From the human T2T-CHM13v2.0 reference genome, Homo sapiens, in NCBI RefSeq assembly GCF_009914755.1, contig NC_060946.1: DNA of 64,000 nucleotides, one strand, 5' to 3'. The translations under genes and the position numbers were made by a program. Under the pieces are notes generated by a model. The model saw only the letters and a program-made list of their open reading frames with translations, was not told the DNA's origin and did no database searches. Positions 56,294-64,000 of the stretch are shown one piece after another. Position 1 is the stretch's first letter; every line of letters begins with the position of its first letter.

Positions 56294-56603
56294 GGCTGGG
56301 CGCAGTGGCTCACACCTGTATTCCCAGCACTCTGGAAGGCTGAGGCAGGCGGATCACCTAAGGCTGGGAGTTTGAGACCAGCCTAGCCAACATGGTGAAG
56401 CCCCATCTCTACTAAAAATACAAAAATTAGCCGGGCATGGTGGTGTACACCTGTAATCCCAGCTACTTGGGAAGCTGAGGCACGAGAATCACTTCAACCC
56501 GGGAGGCAGAGATTGCAGTGAGCTGAGGTTGCGCCACTGCACTCCAGCCTGCTGGGCGACAGAGCGAGACTCTGTCTCAAAAACAAAACAAAACAAAACA
56601 AAA
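56294..56603 (+). mobile_element. AluS with (CAAAA)n tail
   Basis: Full dimer. Confidence 0.9.
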
Positions 56604-57018
56604 CTTAAACACCAGGGAACACACACAACACACATACCAATAAGATCACGAAGAAGGAATGGCTGAAAAGCCCACCAATTGTAGTTTATTTGGAGTCCAG
56701 CCAAGTACCATTTGTGTTGAAAAGACCTATTTTTCCCTAATTGGCAGTGAAACATCATTAAATATATGTACTCATATACACACACACAATATGGCATGTA
56801 CACTTGACACACGTCCATGCATGGGCACTGAGAGAGCCTGGGCAAGTCAGTTAAGACCCTTATCTGAAGGACATACCCTTGGTGCCATTTGGGAGAACAA
56901 ACTCCTGTTACTAGCATTGCAACAAAAACAGGTGGCAAGCTTTAAAGATAAACTCAAGACAGCGAGTGAAACTTCAGCAAATACGTGTTAATACGACCAT
57001 GAGTAAAAGGCCCTTCCT

Positions 57019-57322
57019 GGCCGGGCGCAGTGGCTCACGCCTGTAATTTCAGCACTTTGGGAGGCGGAGGCGGGAGGATCACCTGAGGTCAGGAGTTCGA
57101 GACCAGCCTGGCCAACATGGTGAAACCCCGTCTCCACTAAAAATACAAAAATTAGTTGGGCGTGGTGGCAGGCGCCTGTAAGCCCACCTCTTTGGGAGGC
57201 TGAGCCATGAGAATCGCCTGAACCCAGGAGGTGGAGGTTGCAGTGAGCCTAGATTGTGCCATTGCACTCCAGCCTGGGTGTCAAGAGTGAAACTCCACCT
57301 CAAAAAAAAAAAAAAAAAAAAA
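57019..57322 (+). mobile_element. AluS
   Basis: TSD AAAG(G/A)CCCTTCCT. Confidence 0.92.
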
Positions 57323-57419
57323 GACCCTTCCTAAGAACAGCACTGTAACTCATGAGTTATTACTCAAATGCATCTGTCCATCTACCCACCAACTCAGGTC
57401 CTCTCCATACACTCCTGTA

Positions 57420-57590
57420 AGTCACCGGGCTACCGGGAGACTGCATGGGAACAACCACGCTCGCGCAGCCTGTCCCGCAGCCATCGCTCCTCCCACAGCT
57501 CCTGGCTGCCCACGGCGCTTCCCTGTAGCAAACCCAGCTGCTGACGTCATAAAAGGCACACAGCCGGACCTGTCTGTGCTCATCTAGTTC
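57420..57590 (+). promoter_or_regulatory. Candidate promoter antisense to TTLL1 (CRE, TATA-like, Inr)
   Basis: TGACGTCA 57542-57549 overlapping CATAAAAG 57548-57555; CTCATCT 57579-57585; locally CpG-retaining. Confidence 0.5.
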
Positions 57591-57645
57591 CATTTACAAC
57601 AGACTCATCCACAAAACCGAAGTGGTAGAAACAGGTCTTTTTGAA

Positions 57646-57958
57646 GCCAGGCGTGGTGGCTCATGCCTGTAATCCCAACACTTTGGGAAGCTTAGGCAGG
57701 AGTATCGCTTGAGCCCAGGAGTTCGAGAACAGCCTGGCCAACATGGTGAAACTCTGTCTCTACAAAAAAAACTTTAAAAAGTAGCTGGGGGTGGTGGTGT
57801 GTGCCTGTGTGGTCCCAGTTACTCGGGAGGCTGAGGTGAGCGGATCACTTGAGCCCAGGAAGTTGAGCCACAATGGCACCACGGCACTCCAGCCTGGGTG
57901 ACAGGGCGAGATCCTGTCTGAAAAGAAAAAAAAAAAGAAAAGAGAAGAAAAGAAAAGA
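57646..57958 (+). mobile_element. AluJ
   Basis: TSD AGAAACAGGTCTT. Confidence 0.88.
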
Positions 57959-58059
57959 AAACAGGTCTTCCTGGGAGCACCTAGACAAAGGCCTTTGTAA
58001 AGATAAATTACCGAGGAATATTTCTAGTTGCCTGTTTTCTTCAAAATCACAGTCAAGTA

Positions 58060-58362
<303 letters not shown>

Positions 58363-58543
58363 TCAAGTAAAAAGAAACGCAACTAAAAGAGCCGTCAGTT
58401 AAATACATTCCTCTCTCGTGGCAGGACGAGTCTATAAGATTTGTTTTGTTTTTAATTTAGTGTAAAGTTTTTTTAATGTTTAAACCTTGTGACACATCAA
58501 ATTACATGCTTGAAGCTGTTACTTTCTGTCAAAAAAGTGAGTT

Positions 58544-58549
58544 TTTAAT
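58544..58549 (-). terminator. TTLL1: Distal polyA signal ATTAAA
   Basis: TTTAAT on plus strand; upstream TGTA near 58600 and U-rich context. Confidence 0.55.
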
Positions 58550-58669
58550 ATGAAAATTCTGCTTAGGTTAAAAATTAAAAAAAAAAGAGCGAGTTTTATA
58601 CATCCGCATGAATTGTTTCCTTTAGCACTAGTCAAACAGACTCCATAACCTTCCAAAGAAGTGCCTTCG

Positions 58670-58675
58670 TTTATT
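58670..58675 (-). terminator. TTLL1: Proximal polyA signal AATAAA
   Basis: Minus strand CTGTAAATAAACG with downstream GU-rich GTCTGTTTG. Confidence 0.6.
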
Positions 58676-58782
58676 TACAGGGCTTAGGAAAGGAAAAAAG
58701 CTCTACAAAAGGGAAATTTCAAAATAGGGCTTCAGCAGGGGCCCAGGTGGAGTGAGTAGTTTTGATAAGGTCCAGGTGGGAC

Positions 58783-59157
<375 letters not shown>

Positions 59158-59420
59158 TTATTGTGGACAGTGGTCTCCCCTCGGAAGCTGACATTTTATA
59201 CAGGTCACCAGGTCAAATATGGCAATGACTCCAAAGGCAACATGCATGAGGTGACACAGAACCAGCCCAGGGTAAGTGAGGTGAGACTGCCTGGCTGGAA
59301 ACGCTTCACACAAGGCACCTGCAGGCTGGGGGGACTAACTCCATTCCAGATGGGAGTGGTACATGAGCACTGGTCAGTGGAGGCCAGGGCAGAGAGGCCC
59401 CACGGTGCACACTCAGCTAG

Positions 59421-59750
<330 letters not shown>

Positions 59751-60513
59751 CCCCATTTTCTTTAACTGCCTGTTTCCCAATTAACGTTCATGAATCCTAA
59801 GGCCGCGTGTGCTAAGGAGGCAGCAGTGTAGGAAACAGCCTGAATTTTCGTGTCTGGAAGAGCTGGATGCCAGCTGCAGCTCCCCAGACGGGGTGGTCAC
59901 AGCATCTGGGCAAGTCCTGGGTCCTTCCCACAGTGGCGGGGCCCTTCTCTCACGGGGTCCTGGAGCATGGTCGTTGCTGCCTGCACCTATTGCAGGCTGT
60001 GGCAGGGAGCAGGCTGGGGGAATGGGGCCGCCCCCCTCCACGGTGACTGACATTATCCTCCCAACTCGGGCGGCAGCACCAGGACTTGCTTCCTATGGGG
60101 GGAAACTGGGGTTCTAGAGGTTTGCTCAGGGCCTAGGGTCCCACAGCTGGCCTGTGGCACAGGTAAGATTAACCTCTAGGACTTCTGATTTCTAATTCGG
60201 AGTTTTTTGTCCCATAGCGCTGAGGAGTGTGGAAAGCATCTTTCCCCAGTTAAAGCACATCCGTCGGTGTGCTGCGCTGGCCATCCTGACTAGGACCCTC
60301 GGTTGTATGTAGGTATTTGTGTCAAACACAAAAGGTACCCAGATGCTGAGTGCTAATCATGTGGACTTCTGGAAAAGGGTGGATTTCTGTGATAAGCTTA
60401 TTACCAAAACCAGAGTTTGCAGGTTGAATGTAGTATGAGTTAGAAACTTCTGAGGTTAAAGAATGTATTTTCTGCATTGTGCTTCTGGTGGCAAACTGGG
60501 ACTGAAAGAGTAG

Positions 60514-60843
<330 letters not shown>

Positions 60844-61939
60844 TGAAGCAGACACCACAGGGATCCAGGCTCTGCACCAGGGTGGAGCTGTCAGGATGAT
60901 GATACAGGGGCCTGCTTCCTCTCTGGCTCTCGAAGGAGAGACACAGCCATAGTCCCTATGACACAAGGAAGCCGGACAGGACACCCCTGGAACTCTGGAA
61001 TCTGCCTGGGTGGGGGGGGTCCTCCAGGAAGCCTCCCTGGCGCCTCTCCACAGGATCAGATACCCCTACCCCGTGGGGACTCCACATTCATAAATGTCGT
61101 CACTCCACTGCCCCCGTGTTTGCTTCCCTGGCCAGGGGGCTGCAGTGACCGCCCGTCTGGTTCGTGGCTGCCCCCAGCAGCTTGCTCAAGGTCTGGTGGA
61201 TAGGAATCTACTGAATGAATGGAGAAAAGGACCACATATGGTGACCGGTTTCACGGAGCACTTGTGCTGATCTGTGTGGCTCAAAAAACAAAACAAACAG
61301 AAAGGAGCATTTGGCAAGCAGCTGGCACCGGGATGCGCTGTTCCCAGGGGTGGTCTGGCCACCTACCGAGCCAACGCAGAGGAGAATCAGAGCCAAGATG
61401 GCTCTTCGAAGTTCCTGTTCTAGCAGGCTTTTCTTCTGGCTTTTCACAGAAACAATCTAGTCACTGTTAGGGTTTTTTAAAGGCTGTAAAAGTACAGTCA
61501 GCAACTTCGGAACAGGGTCCTGGAGGTGGCAGATGCAAAGTGCCAGGCCTTGTAGGGCCACAGCCAATGGTATGGCCTGGGGCACGTGACCTCATGCGGC
61601 CAGTGTCCTCTGCTAGATGCTGCTGGGCTCTGAGGAGTTGCTGTGGGCACGCAGAGCACCTGGCATGGACGGGCGGCGCCGCTCAGATGACGTGGCCCTC
61701 CCAGTCAGCACCAACTGCTACTGCTGCTGGTGGCTGCACCTGAAAATGGAGCTGGGGTTCTTTGATCAGCTGAATGCCTAAGGGAAGCAAGCCCTGACTA
61801 GAAGCGTTTAGAGGCCATCAGCTCCACACAAGAGCCTTCCATTACTCCTCAGGAGCCAGGAGAGGACGGCTGGATCAGGGAGGGGGGTTCACCTTGTTGT
61901 CTCTTCAACTAAAAGCAGTGAGGCTCTGGCCTCTGCTGC

Positions 61940-62252
61940 TTTTTCTTTTTTTTTTTTTTTTTTTGAGGCAGACTTTCGCTGTGTCGCCCAGGCTGGAGTG
62001 CGGTGGCACGATCTCGGCTCACTGCAACCTCCGCCTCCTGGGTTCAAGCCATTCTCCTGCCCTCAGCCTCCCAAGTAGCTGGGATTACAGGTGCCCACCA
62101 CCACGCCCGGCTAATTTTTGTATTTTTAGCAGAGACGGGATTTCACCATGTTGGCCAGGCTGGTCTTGAACTCATGACCTCAGGTGAGCCACCTGCCTTG
62201 GCCTCCCAAAGTGCTGGGATTACAGGTATGAGCCACCATACCCAGCCTGGCC
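61940..62252 (-). mobile_element. AluS
   Basis: TSD-like TCTGCT; full dimer. Confidence 0.9.
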
Positions 62253-63858
62253 TCTGCTTCTTGGCCGGGAAATGGCGAGTCTGGCCCACTCCCTCAAGAA
62301 GTCCACAGGCTGGACGCGGCAGAGGCTCTACACGCTCCCAACAAGCCAGCCTCTCCACCACCCTCAACTGGACTGAAGAGAACCCCCCAAGGTCCTCATG
62401 CTACTGACAAGTCTCCCCGCAATGGTCCCCACCCTGTACACACTCACAGACCCCCTCAGTCCTCCAGCACAGGGGCCATCAGGACCCAGCCCCGAAGGCC
62501 GCCATCGCAGTTGCCATCCCCAACCCTGATCTCACCCTTCACCTTCCAGGCTGCCAATCCCAGTCTGACCCCATCCCCAGACTCATCCTCTGTGGGCTCC
62601 GGAACTCTCTGCCCATCATCGCACCCACCATGCCCTCTGCTTATCCTTTAATCTCCACTTCCCCTTCCTGCTCTAATGGGCTCCTGCGAGACGCTGCTTC
62701 CCCTGCAGCCCCTGGTGTGGAGACTGCTTTCTCTCCCACCCCCCATACTCCTGGTTGGAGGGGGCCTCCTCTCTAAAGCCCCCAGCTCTTTCCAGGCCTG
62801 GTCACCACAGTTACCTTCCTCCTTGTGCAGTCACCTCCAGTCCTCCAGGTCACCACCCCAGATCCCTTGGAGAGCCAGGCTCCTAGTTCATGGTGGTGGG
62901 TGATGGCAATGACCAAACAGATGAAACCCCCAACTCCCTGACCTCTGGTGACCCTGTCCTCTACTCCATCTCAGTCCCATCCCCAGGGAGTCCCCAAGCC
63001 TCGTCACCCCTTGCATTATCTCCATGGCAAGTGCTCACTCCCTGACCACTGCCCCTTCTCCTCCCAGCCCACTTCCCTAGTGCCCGACTCCAACAACCCT
63101 CCTCCCCGAGAGACTGCCACCCACCCCCATCTTCTCCCTGTCCCCGCTGCCCTCTGTCTTGCCATCGCAAGCTCCCAATCCTGGTCCCTCCCAACCCTCT
63201 GCCTTCTCTGTACCTAGCCTGGGCAGCTGATCATGGAGGGAGAGAACAACCAACCACACACTGACTGGTCACCCCTGAAGTTCACAGCCACTACCCTGTA
63301 GAGGCCCCGAGGTTGCCGGCAAGCCCAGTATACTTCCATCTAAACTCCCCTTGCACCTGCTCCTCCTGTTCCAGACAATGAGCTGTAACACGCACATCCA
63401 CACCACACATCACCCACAGCAGGGGCAGGAGGCAGCTAAGCATGGGCTTCAGAGTCCTCCCACCAGCAGCGCCTACCAGCTACAAGCCTGACGTCTCTGT
63501 GTGTGTGTGTAAATTTCACTAAATATTTCTTCCTTTGTTTTTTAAAAATTTACATGAAATGCACATTTTTGCTGTGACAGAAGCATGTAACTGTGATCCT
63601 AACACACCTACTCCTCCGCCTTTTACTGCCGTCTGCTTCCCTCTCTTCTCCACGCCCACTCGACTGCAGTATCGATGCCAACAACATGATGTGTGTCCTT
63701 CCATGTTTCCCTGCTCATGCATTCGCATGTAAGCCACCGCACATGTCACTGTATGTACACACAGGGGATTCTGAGGCCAATGTTTTACAAGGATTACGTT
63801 ATACACCCTTTTCTGCAGTGAGTTTTTCCCAGGCAACCTCCCAGGCCCCATGGTGTAG

Positions 63859-64000
<142 letters not shown>

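Larger units (their letters stand above)
58520..58782 (-). other. TTLL1: TTLL1 3'UTR (3' end approximate)
   Basis: Repeat-free AT-rich sequence after the stop codon, containing polyA signals. Confidence 0.75.

Overview
Human (primate) genomic DNA, very Alu-rich (roughly a third of the window), with no prokaryotic features. From recognised sequence this is the PACSIN2/TTLL1 region of chr22q13, both genes on the minus strand. 1-34025 is the proximal part of the long first intron of PACSIN2; a CpG island at about 33.4-34.65 kb holds its non-coding exon 1 and TATA-less promoter; about 34.7-58.4 kb is Alu-dense intergenic DNA; 58.5-58.9 kb is the last exon of TTLL1 (C-terminal 42 aa plus 3'UTR), followed by its last intron to the window end. 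The only protein-coding sequence I can support is that TTLL1 exon. Repeats include the 3' part of a young SVA, a MER50-like solo LTR with intact TSD, an MLT1A LTR, L1M/L2/MIR relics and many nested Alus. I see no new multi-gene system. Best leads: a candidate recursive-splice site or 13-nt microexon in PACSIN2 intron 1, a CRE/TATA/Inr promoter facing antisense into TTLL1, a tail-less TSD-less AluYa5, templated-insertion scars in two AluY copies, and a perfect CLEAR palindrome upstream of PACSIN2. Gene and repeat names come from memory, not a database search; repeat boundaries are approximate.
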